Source: the human T2T-CHM13v2.0 reference genome, Homo sapiens. Taken from it: 64,000 nt of DNA. Positions 21,456 through 39,140 of this stretch are shown here, piece after piece. The stretch lies in NCBI RefSeq assembly GCF_009914755.1, contig NC_060932.1; one strand, written 5' to 3'. Below the pieces are notes generated by a model. The model saw only the letters and a program-made list of their open reading frames with translations, was not told the DNA's origin and did no database searches. The first letter of the stretch is position 1. Each line of letters starts with the position of its first letter. A program made the translations under genes and the position numbers.

Positions 21456-22289
21456 AAAAATTGTATAGTCATTCTAAATTTTGAATTATGCTAATTAATC
21501 TAACTCTGATATAGATATCAAAGTTTTGTTGCAGTTGTTATTTTAACTGAGGTACTTGGAAATGTAAATCAATATTTCAGGTATCCCAGCTCCTACGAAA
21601 TTCTAACATCTAATTTCAATTTCTCTCCCTGCAATTTAATTCCACTCAACCTTGAGCCTTCAATGAAATAAATAAATAAACCTCAGCACTACCCACAAAA
21701 TCTCTCCATGAACTTCAAAACTTTATGTCCTTGCCTCACTCCTCCTTCTATAATCTAAATGAATCCTTTACAAAGAAAGGCAACCTCAGATTGTTTTTTA
21801 GGCCTTATTACATCCTTTAGGCCCACAATCCTACACTAGAAGCATTTTATATTCACTTAATCCTTACTAAATTATCTCCAGTTTACCATGACGAGAAACA
21901 TTTTAGTGATGACAAAGAACTTGCCTAAAATCACACAGCTAAAGTTCAGAAAAGTTCAGAAAAGCCAGGATTTGAACCCACATTAGCAGTCAGACTTGGT
22001 TACTGACACCGAATCAAAGTGACAAGAAAACAGCTTAAGCAGAAAACAGCTAATACCTAAAAATTTCGAACTACTTTCTGTGGTTCACTGTGGCTTGGTC
22101 ATGTGCACTTGAGATCAAGTACACATGTGGGACAACATCTTGGGTAGAACTAGGGTCAGGATATTGATCTAGGTAACTAGGGAAACACACCTGCCCCAAA
22201 ACAGCAAGTTCATACTCTTACTTCCTGATTTTGTATTCACTTAATTGTATCCATGCATGGTTCAAGAGCAGATGCAAGGGTCTTCTAGA

Positions 22290-22525
22290 GAGACACTGTA
22301 GCTTAAGAGAGGAGTACTAGCTTTGGAGCAAAACAGATTTAGATTCACATCTTCACTTGGCCATTCACTAGCTATTTGGCTTAAGACTATTCTAAATACT
22401 TAGCATCCTCATTTTCAGAATGAGGATAATACTCATCTTGCAAAGTTGCCTGAGGAATAAATGGGATAAGGTGGGTAAGTATTTAGCAGAATACCTGGCT
22501 CAGAGTAATAGCTCAATAAATGGTA
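22290..22525. mobile_element. MIR element (similar MIRs at ~4020-4160, 17190-17340, 18150-18390, 48400-48610)
   Basis: cctcattttcagaatgaggataata core; gctcaataaat end. Confidence 0.7.
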
Positions 22526-22663
22526 AGCTGTTTTTAGTTAAGTGTGACACCTATGGTTTTAGTAAAACAAAATTATTCAGGTAAAGCAGCAGCATGTTAA
22601 AATATTTTTTTAAATGATATCTAAATTTGCACTTAAATTTGTCAATTCTGATGACAACTATTA

Positions 22664-23036
<373 letters not shown>

Positions 23037-24399
23037 CTACCGAAAAAAAGAGAAACACATATACCATAATTCTACAACCCCTAAAACACATTTTGTTGAA
23101 TTACTGAACACTTAAAAAGCCATCTGTAGGCTGATGATGCAGTTGGGGAAAAGAGGAGTGTCATTCTGACCATTTCTCTTTCTCTGTATTTCATCAGCCT
23201 GTTTGAATTTCCAGAGGACAGGCAGGGAAAATGCTGGGGAAAACAAAAGTACAAGAGCCAGTCAGTTTTACCTTTCTTTTTGGGAGGCAAGTTTTCATAC
23301 TGGAAAAGTTTTGAACTACCTGAAAACTTAGATTTGAGAAGAAAACTTAGATTTGAGGATTATTTGTGGAGTTTATTCTCATTCTCTTCCAGACTCATTA
23401 CAAAAGATCTGAAAATTTGTTGACGATTTGAGAACTGCAGATAAATATGAACTTATCTTCTCCACACCTGCCCACTAAAAAATTACTTAGAAACATTATT
23501 ACAAGGAAAGAAACAAAATCAAGCAAACATCTAATGCATTAGATGATTAAAGGATACATATTACAGCCTAAGTTGGAGAGAACATTACCCAACAAATGGC
23601 TTTTTTTCCCTGGGAGCTTCTACTGTGCAAGTCTGGGGATCTCCAGACCAGAGAAAAATCTTCCAGTTTAAACAAAATAACGAAAATGTTCCAATAACCA
23701 GATAACCTATCAAATAACCAGAATTTGAAGTGGGAAATGAAGGGCCATATCAATGGGGAGGAAAAATGGCACTGGTAATATCTAGAACAGAAAATAAACA
23801 GGAAATACTTTAAAAGGCCAAAATTTGCAAATACAGATTAACAGGGTATGAAATGAAATACGAGGCAATGCACCTGTTAAAGGAAAAAGGGGAACAGAGG
23901 ATGTTTGAAGTCTTACGTATTTAGTGTTAACACTAATTCCTGATCTAGCTGTCATGTGGAAAGCATGCTGTCCAGAAGAAAACCTGGGTCCTGGCTTATT
24001 CCAAACTACACAGTACTTAATTTAAGTAGTAGTACTTAATCTCTCTCAGTGTCTTAATCTGTAAAATGGATACCCTTTATGTACTCACAGCTCTGTGTGA
24101 GTCACAAAAGAATTTTGAGCAGATGCTTTTTAACTCCAAAGTGCTGTACAAATCAGAGCATCCCTTTTCTCTTCACATTAGTTTGACATGGAATTTACTT
24201 CATAGATGGAAGAAAAATTATTTCAGGTACACTGATGATGAAAATGTGCCGAACGTGGTTAAACAAATTTAGGTGAGGACAATTATATAAGTTTACCTGA
24301 GAGGCCAGGCGCAGTGGCCTCACGCCTGTAATCCCAGCACTTTGGGAGGCTGAGGTGGGCGGATCACCTGAGGTCAGGAGTTCGAGACCAGCCTGGTTA

Positions 24400-24573
<174 letters not shown>

Positions 24574-25460
24574 TTAAACTCCGTCTCGAAAAAATATGTT
24601 TAGCTAAGAACAGATGAGTCTGAAGCAAGGGACTGAAAGTGCCACACAAATGGGCAAGCTGTAGAAACTGGTCGTATGAGGATTTCTTACAAACCACAAA
24701 AGCATATGCTTACATGAATATTCATCAATAACAAAAAAAATGCCACCAGTATTAACTGTAAACCACTTAGAAAATACCCAACAATATAATTTGTCCAAAT
24801 CCCTCTACCAGCATTCCGGTGAGTGTGCGTGCTGTAGTCCTAACTCTTCTGTACATTACGACAGGACAAAACCCGCTTTTTATAAAACGTTTAGCAACTC
24901 GCCAAGAAACTGGCACACTTTACCTTTTTAATCGCTAAGCAAACATGTAGCACAGTTGAGATAACCAGGCGGACGTTCAGCCCTCTTCAAAAATAAGACA
25001 CAGAAGTTTTACATTTTACCAGCCCGATGTCTAATACCGATCACAAGCCTCTATTTGATGCTCTTTCTAGATGTTGGCCACGGATCACGGAAGACTCCAT
25101 TCTTTCAAGTTCTGAGGACTTTCTACGCTTCAATTCCTAAGCTAAATTGCCAAGGTTTTACTAGCACGAAAGTTTAAAGTCAACGGAGAGCGTGCCCTAA
25201 TCCCTAAATCGATTAGGTTTATTACACGGCACCAGCGAGCAGGGACTGGAAATACAAGAGCGAGCGGGTCCTAACGCAGGTTGCCGCGGGACCCGACGCC
25301 CCGGGCCCGGACACCCTCCCCGGGGACGCGGGCGCGGCGGGCCCGGCTCCCAGACGGGAGGCTGCAGGGGGAGGGGAGGGAGAAGGAGGGAGGGGGCGGC
25401 CCCCTCGGGCCGGACCGCGGCCCGGCCTCCCTCCCGGCCCGCGCCGCTCGCCGCGCTCAC

Positions 25461-25523
25461 CGCGTTCTTCTTCTGCACCATCTTGTCCATCTTCTTGGCA
25501 AAGCGGACCACTTCGTCCTCCAT
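25461..25523 (-). CDS. TCEA1: TCEA1 (TFIIS) coding exon 1, MEDEVVRFAKKMDKMVQKKNA
   Basis: ATG at 25523 in ggagccATGG context; 63 nt; donor GCG|gtgagc (phase 0); peptide is the human TFIIS N-terminus. Confidence 0.98.
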
Positions 25524-25674
25524 GGCTCCGGCAGGTCTTCTCCGCGCCCACCCCGCTGGCAAGGGGAAGTGGGCGAAGCTGGAGCGGAAGACACAGCAGG
25601 AGCGACCCCCGGCGCGCAGCAACCCCCACCACCGCAGGCCCGGGCCTAGGCCCCCTTCCTTACGAACGAAGCCC

Positions 25675-25703
25675 GCGGCGGCGGCGGCGGCGGCGGCGGC
25701 GGC
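25675..25703 (-). repeat. (GCC)~9-10 trinucleotide repeat in the TCEA1 5' leader
   Basis: Plus strand reads (gcg)9gc without interruption. Confidence 0.97.
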
Positions 25704-26026
25704 TCCGGCTCCTCCTCCCCAGGCAGCGACAATCGAACACCGCGCGCGACGTGCAGGCGCTACCAACTGACTGCAGATCGCTGGTGAGGGGCGAGCCCAT
25801 GTTCCCGCCAGGCGGGCGTCGGGCTAGTGGGCAGGCGTGGCTTCCGGCTAGAGGGTCGTGGAAGGCGCCCGGTTTTGCTGCGCGTTCACCTCCGGTCCCG
25901 CCCCCTCACGGGGCGGGTTTTCGGCCCCCTATTGCATCGGGACATCCCGGAGTTTTAGAACTCGCGGAGGCCCAAGTATCTCGAAACGGGGGCAGATTCC
26001 GAGCATGGAACTTTGGCAGGTTTTAA

Positions 26027-26743
<717 letters not shown>

Positions 26744-27370
26744 GGTGAAATCGTTCGTGAGCTCCTGGAGTACTAAGAACCAGTCTTGGGCATGGCATTT
26801 TGAATAGTTGAAGAACAGTTGACGGAAACCTTCTGGTCAGAAATTACACAAGGCATCCCACCAGCTTCTGAGGATCAGAGAGGAAGGTGACTTAAGTTGT
26901 GACAGGGTTCATAGTGGAGAATGCAGGCTCCTCCAAAAAGTCTTTCCCCACTTAAACCCTTCACGACCAACTCATGCTATTTGCAGGTATAACTCCCACA
27001 CCACGTAACTATCATTCATCAAAATACACCGCCTAATAATGTTCTTTCTATACTGAGATGACAGGTTTTTCCTGGTTATGACTCACTCATTTGGGGGAGA
27101 AGTATTGGGATCGTTTCCCTATGTTGTTTCATTTTTAAATTATCTTTTTATTATTGATTTCCAGCTTAAATTGTAGTATTTGTTGAGATTTATTTTGTCA
27201 ATTTTTTTTTTTTTTTGACACGGAGTTTTGCTCTTATTGACCAGGCTGGAGTGCAGTGGTGCCATCTCGGCTGGCTCACTGCAACCTCCACCTCCCAGGT
27301 TCAAGCGATTTTCCTGCCTCAGTCTCCTGAGTAGCTGGGACTACAGGCGCCCACCAGCACACCCGGCTAA

Positions 27371-27538
<168 letters not shown>

Positions 27539-27830
27539 TAAAAAAGAACACACAGAAAAAAATTGTTTTCTACAGAAAATGTTGCAATATTTACATCCCT
27601 GTTTGCTGTCTGCTTCATGCCTCAATTAATGAGTATGTAAAAATTTCCCTTTATAATGTGGATTTGTACATTTATTGTAATAATTCTGTCATTTTTCTTT
27701 TTTCCCAAAGAATCAGTTGATGTTTTTCTTTAAAATACACATAACACAAAATTTATCCATTTAACTACTTTTCTTCTTTTTTCATGCTACCTTGTCTAAG
27801 ACCATTTTTAACTATTTTTTTAGATTTTAA

Positions 27831-28670
<840 letters not shown>

Positions 28671-29282
28671 TCATCACCTCAAAAAGAAACCCAGTATCAA
28701 TTAAGCAGTCACTCCTGATTCCTTTCTCCCCTCAACCCTTGGCAACCACTAATTGGCTGCCTCTATACTCTTGAATATTCTGAACATTTTATATATTTAA
28801 TAAATAGAATCCTAGAATATGTGACCTTTTCTGACTGGCTTCTTTCACTTAGCATGTTTTCAAGGTTCACCTGTGTTGTAGCCGTGTCAGTACTTCATTC
28901 CTTTTTATGGCTGAATAATATGCATTTCCTATAGATAACATTTTTAAAATTCATTCATCACATGATGGACATAAGCATTGTTTCCACCCACCTTTCACTA
29001 CTCCACATTTTCACTCTTGTGAATAGTGCAGCTATGAACATGCCTGTACAAAGTTTTGTGGGAACACCTGTTTTCAGTTCTTTTGGGTGTGAACCTAGGA
29101 GTAGAATTGTTGGGTTTCATGGTAATTCTACATTTAAATTCGAGGAACTGTCCATCTGTTTTCCACAGCAACTGCAACATTTTTACATACCCATCGGAAA
29201 CGTCATTGGGCTCGAACTTCTCTGTATCTTTGTCAACAATTGTTGTTGTCCTTTATTTTTATTTTTATTATTTCTTTTTTGA

Positions 29283-29423
<141 letters not shown>

Positions 29424-29736
29424 TAGCGAATGGTTTGTATTTTTAGTAGAGACTGGGTTTCACCATGTTGGCCAGACTGGTCTTGAACTCCTGACCTCAG
29501 GTGATCTGCCCACCTTGGCCTCCCAAAGTGCTGAGATTACAGGAGTGACACACTGTGCCCAGCCTGTTTAGTTCATTTTTAGAATTCTAATTATCTGATG
29601 AGGTATGAAATGGTATCTCATTGTGTCTTTGATTGGCATTTTCCTAATATGTTAAGCATGTTTTCATGTGCTTGTTGGCCATTTCTGTGGTTTCTTTTTT
29701 TTTTTTTTTTGAGATGGGGTCTCACTAACAGAGTGA

Positions 29737-29826
<90 letters not shown>

Positions 29827-30229
29827 TAAGTAGCTGGGATTCCTGGGGAGCACCAACACCCCCGGCTAATTTTCGCACTTTTAGCAGAGATGGGGCTTCA
29901 CCATGTTGGCCAGGCTGGTCTGGAACTCCTGACCTCAGGTGATCCACCCACGTCGGCCTCTCAAAGTGCTGGGATTACAAGTATGAGCCACCTCCCCCGG
30001 CCTTCTATGGTTTCTTTAGAGAAATGTCTATTCTAGTCTTTTGCCCAATTTTTAACTGAGTTGTGTTTATGTTGTTAAGTTGTAAACGTTCTTATATAAT
30101 TCTGGACTCTAGAGCCTTGAGATAAATATGCTTTTCAATCATTGTCTCCCTTCCCATTTTGTGGGTTATCTTTTCAGTCTTTTTTTTTTTTTTTTTTTTG
30201 AGACAGGGTCTCACAGTCGCCCAAGCTGA

Positions 30230-30607
<378 letters not shown>

Positions 30608-30827
30608 TGAAGATTGACCATTGCCATTTTAACAACATTAAGTCTATCAATTCATTACAACGGGATATCTTTCCATTTATTTAGATCTATTTTAATTTCT
30701 TTAAGCAATATAACATAATTTTCAGTGTGCAACTCTTGGCTAAATTCACCTCATTGGCTAAAATTATTCTTGGTATTTTATTTTGTTATTTATTTATATT
30801 ATATTTTATTAATTTTTATTTTATTGA

Positions 30828-30995
<168 letters not shown>

Positions 30996-31081
30996 TAATC
31001 TTTATTATTTCCTTCTGACATTTTGCAGTTTACTTTTCTTCTCTTTTTCCAATTCCTTAAGCCATAAAGTTAGGTAATTAA

Positions 31082-31450
<369 letters not shown>

Positions 31451-31648
31451 TAAATTTTGGTATATCGTAGCTTTGTTTTCATTTGTCTCAAAATATTGTT
31501 CTATTTTCTGATTTCTTTTTGAAGTTGTGTGAATGTATTATTTGAACATAATTGTGAAATTACTTTTTCCTTCTGTTATTTATATCTAGCTTCATCACAT
31601 TATAGTTAAAGAAATACTTTGTATGATTATGATTTTTAAAAATTCTTT

Positions 31649-32612
<964 letters not shown>

Positions 32613-32790
32613 TTGAGACATTTAATTTGTCTAACAAATGACCAATTCTGGAGAATGTTCCATGTGCACTTTGGAAAAATATGCATTCTTATGGGTGGAG
32701 TGTACTGTATGTATTATGTCTAGTTGGTTTATAATGTTGTTTAAGTTCTGTATTTCCTACTGATCCTCTAACTGTTCTATCCATTAATAA

Positions 32791-33207
<417 letters not shown>

Positions 33208-33286
33208 TAAAGTATGGACATGTTTATGATTGTTATATCTTCTTGATGGTTTAACCCTTTTATCCATATATAATGTTCTTTTGTAG

Positions 33287-33613
<327 letters not shown>

Positions 33614-33999
33614 TACTTGCACTCTATTTTTATACTAGTATATCCACCTCAGCTCTCTTTTAGTTACTGTTTTCATGGAACACCTTTTTCCATCCTTTTA
33701 CATTCAATATATTTGTCTTGGATCTAAAATGAGTCTCTTCAAGACATATAGTTGTATCTCTTTTTTAAATTTTTATTTTACCAATCTCTTTCAGTTGCAT
33801 ACTTTAATCCTATTAGGAGCTGAATTTGCCATTTAAAACACAAGTGCATAGAAGCATAAGTTATAAATCCATGTTAATGGGCATACATTGTGTAAAGATT
33901 TCCTTTGTAACAACAACTACATGAAGATGGAAGGATGAAATTGAATAGGAACACAGCATTTGTATACTGCTGAAGCTAAGTTGGGATTATTTAAACTAG

Positions 34000-34327
<328 letters not shown>

Positions 34328-34516
34328 TAAACTAGATTCTTAAGGCTCTGGGTTCACAGGAGGGAGCATATGGGTCTGCCACATGCTGTGGGGGCCATGA
34401 ACCCCCACCAACTGGCTGCAGCAGAGGCTTCTCCCCACTTCTGGCTGCCCCAGGCCTGCTGCCTCCTACTCCACATCCATTGGAGCCCTCTCAGTTTTGG
34501 TCACTTGTCTAAGGGC

Positions 34517-34810
34517 ACCCACGGGTATCCAGCCAAGGTCATCAAGAAAGGAGTCTTGCTCGTTGCCCAGGCTGGAGTGCAGTGGTTATTCCCAGGTGTG
34601 GTTGTGCACTATAGCCTCAAAATCCAGGTCTCAAACCACCTGTGGTATCCAGCCAAAGTCATCGAAAAAGAAGTCTTGCTGCATTGCCCAGGCTGGAGTG
34701 CAGTGGTTATTCACAGGTGTGATTGTGCACTATAGCCTCAAAATCCAAGTCTTGAGCCACCCTCCTTCCTTGGAGTAGCTGTGACTACAGGTGCATGCCA
34801 CCATGCTAAT
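34517..34810 (-). mobile_element. FAM-type Alu monomer with a tandem-duplicated segment
   Basis: gtgcagtggttattcacagg (7SL/FAM-specific segment) present twice at a 120-bp period. Confidence 0.7.
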
Positions 34811-35083
34811 TTTTGTATTTTTGTCATGTTGCCCAGGCTGGTCTCAGACTTCGGGCTCAAGTAAAGGATAGTTTTCTTGGATACAGAATTGTTCATTGAC
34901 ATGTATTTTTTCTTTCAGCATTTTAAATAGTATCATCCCACTACTTCCTAGCTTCTGTGGTTTCTGCTGCAAAATTGGCTGTTAATCTCATTGAAACACT
35001 TGGATGTGATGAGTTGTTTTGCTCTTGCTGCTATCAGTAATCTTTTTGTCTTTCTACAGTTAGATTATAATTGGATTGGTGTG

Positions 35084-36051
35084 TGTAGGGGTGGGTTGCC
35101 CCTACACACCTGTGGGTGTTTCTCGTAAGGTGGGACGAGAGATTTGGAAAAGAAAAAGACACAGAGACAAAGTATAGAGAAAGAAATAAGGGGACCCGGG
35201 GAACCAGCGTTCAGCATATGGAGGATCCCGCCAGCCTCTGAGTTCCCTTAGTATTTATTGATCATCTGTGGGTGTTTCTCAAAGAGGGGGATGTGTCAGG
35301 GTCACAAGACAATTGTGGGGAGAGGGTCAGCAGACAAACACGTGAACAAAGGTCTTTGCATCATAGACAATGTAAAGGATTAAGTGCTGTGCTTTTAGAT
35401 ATGCATACACATAAACATCTCAATGCTTTACAAAGCAGTATTGCTGCCCGCAGGTCCCACCTCCAGCCCTAAGGCGGTTTTTCCCTATCTCAGTAGATGG
35501 AGCATACAATCGGGTTTTATACCGAGACATTCCATTGCCCAGGGACAGGCAGGAGACAGATGCCTTCCTCTTGTCTCAACTGCAAGAGGCATTCCTTCCT
35601 CTTTTACTAATCCTCCTCAGCACAGACCCTTTACGGGTGTCGGGCTGGGGGACGGTCAGGTCTTTCCCTTCCCACGAGGCCATATTTCAGACTATCACAT
35701 GGGGAGAAACCTTGGACAATACCTGGCTTTCCTAGGCAGAGGTCCCTGCGGCCTTCCGCAGTTTTTGTGTCCCTGGGTACTTGAGATTAGGGAGTGGTGA
35801 TGACTCTTAAGGAGCATGCTGCCTTCAAGCATCTGTTTAACAAAGCACATCCTGCACCGCCCTTAATCCATTCAACTCTGAGTTGACACAGCACATGTTT
35901 CAGAGAGCACGGGGTTGGGGGTAAGGTTATAGATTAACAGAATCTCAAGGCAGAAGAATTTTTCTTAGTACATAACAAAATGGAGTCTCCTATGTCTACT
36001 TCTTTCTACACAGACACAGTAACAATCTGATCTCTCTCGCTTTTCCCCACA
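35084..36051 (-). mobile_element. HERV-K(HML-2) LTR5_Hs solo LTR, full length 968 bp
   Basis: Minus strand begins TGTGGGGAAAAGC and ends GGGGCAACCCACCCCTACA; TATAAAA 35521-35515; AATAAA 35259-35254; 5-bp TSD GTGTG (35079-35083 and 36052-36056); inserted in an old L1. Confidence 0.96.
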
Positions 36052-36233
36052 GTGTGAATATATTCAAGTTTATTCTACTTGGAGTTCATTGAGCTTCTTT
36101 GATGTGTAGATTTATGTCGTTCATCAAAGTCAGGGATTTTTTTTCAAAAGTCTGGGTCTCGGCCGGGCATGGTGGCTCACGCCTGTAATCCCAGCACTTT
36201 GGGAGGCTGAGGTAGGAGGATCACCTAAGGTCA

Positions 36234-36431
<198 letters not shown>

Positions 36432-36459
36432 CTACGTCTCAAAAAAAAAAAAAAAAAAA

Positions 36460-37124
<665 letters not shown>

Positions 37125-38118
37125 GATGGGGTCTCAATATACTGCCCAGGCTGGTCTCAAACTCTTGGCCTCAAGTGATCCTCCTGCCTCAGCCTTTCAT
37201 TGCTAGCGTTATAGACACGAGCTATTGCACCCAGCTAAATTTGGGGTTTGGCCATTATTTCTTCAAATATTCCTTTTGTTCCTCTTTTTTCTCTCCTTCT
37301 GGAATTCCATTATGTGTGTGTTGCTACTCTAAGAAACCCACAGGTTTCTTAGGCTATGTTCATTTTTATTTTCTTTTTCCTTTCTATTCCTCAGACTGGA
37401 TAATTTCAATTGTACTATCTTGAAGTCTGCTGATTCTTCTGCCTGCTCAAACCTGCTGCGCAATTCTAGTGAATTTTTAATTTTAATTATTGTTATCTTC
37501 AGTTCTAGATATGTATTTGGTTCCTTTTTATAATTTTTATTTATTGATTGATGTTCTCTAGTTGTTGAGATATTGTCCTCCTGCTTTAATTTTTTTCTCC
37601 ATGGTTTCCTTTAGCTTTTTGAGGTATATTTAAGACAGCTTAATAAGGTCTTTGCTCAGTAAGTCCAATATCTGAGCTTCCTCAAGGACAGTGTTTCTGT
37701 TCATTTCTTTTTTTCTCCCTATGAATGGGCCAGGCTTTGTTTCTTTGTATGCCTCATAATTTTTGCTGAAAATTGAACATTTTGAAGATTATAATGTAAC
37801 TTTTAAAATCAGAATTGTTGCCGCTTATTGTTAGAGTTATGTGAGTTTTTTAGTTTATATGTTTAATGACATATCTAAACTCTGTCATGTGTAGTCACTA
37901 AAGTATCTGTTTTGTTAGCTCAGTGTCTACCTAATGTTTTGACAGATACTTCATTTTTTTAAACACCTGGAGCAAGAAAAAAAATCTCCCAGACTTTGCA
38001 GTAGAGCTCTTTGTGTTGGGCACACTTGTAATATTCAGCTGGTCACTTTCCAACTCTGCCTTAACCTTCATGACCTGCTGGCCCAGGACTTCAAGGTCAG
38101 CCAGAGGTGAGAGCTTAG

Positions 38119-38322
<204 letters not shown>

Positions 38323-38984
38323 TAGTAGAGATGGGGTTTCGCCATGTTGGCCAGGCTGGTCTTGAACTCCTGACCTCAAGTGATCCGCCCACCTCGGCCT
38401 CCTAAAATACTGGGATTACAGGTGTGAGCCACCACAACCAGCCACTCAGCCACTTTTTTGAACCTGCACCCTGCCCTGTTCATACACATGGTCTGGATAT
38501 CCAGAAATACGTGAAAGCACTTGAAAACCTTTATTTCTCCAAAGCATCTCACTCCTCAGCCTTTCCTCCCAGGCTTTTTGGTGTGTCTATTGTTTGCTCC
38601 AACTTATATCATTTGCCCTAAGTGGTAGTCAGTGGTTCATTTGACTTTAAATATTTTTGACCAACACCCTCTGTGTTGGTCAACTCTCCACCCTCAGAGA
38701 GTTCTGAGCTATTTCTTCACCCTGAGAGAGTTCTGAGTTAGAGCAAATAAAGGCAGTCTTTGTATTAGTCCTTCAAAAAGCCACCTGAGAGACAACCACG
38801 ATTCTTTGAAAACAAGATTGACTTTGGTTCCTCCGATATCTGGAACCCACAGGAATGTGAACTGTTATCTTCAACAGCATCACCATGACTGGGAGGGATA
38901 ATTAAGCATAAGTAAAAATGACACAAAGCCTTCCTACCAGGCATTAAAGTTTTTTTTTTAACAGCTTTATTTAGATAAAATTAG

Positions 38985-39140
<156 letters not shown>

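Larger units (their letters stand above)
25250..26000. promoter_or_regulatory. TCEA1: CpG-island promoter and 5'UTR of TCEA1
   Basis: Dense CpG/GC block; E2F-like GGCGGGAA (minus, 25802-25809); ETS CCGGAAG (minus, 25841-25847); inverted pair of GC boxes 25897-25917; no obvious TATA box. TSS cannot be fixed from sequence. Confidence 0.92.

Noticed and set aside
25197-25460. Continuation of the 189-aa ORF past TCEA1 exon 1, and overlapping GC-rich ORFs on both strands
   Set aside because: Runs through a consensus donor into intron 1; open frames are expected in CpG-island sequence.
35272-35800. ORFs inside the HERV-K LTR
   Set aside because: Antisense to a solo LTR; no gag/pol/env or PBS present.
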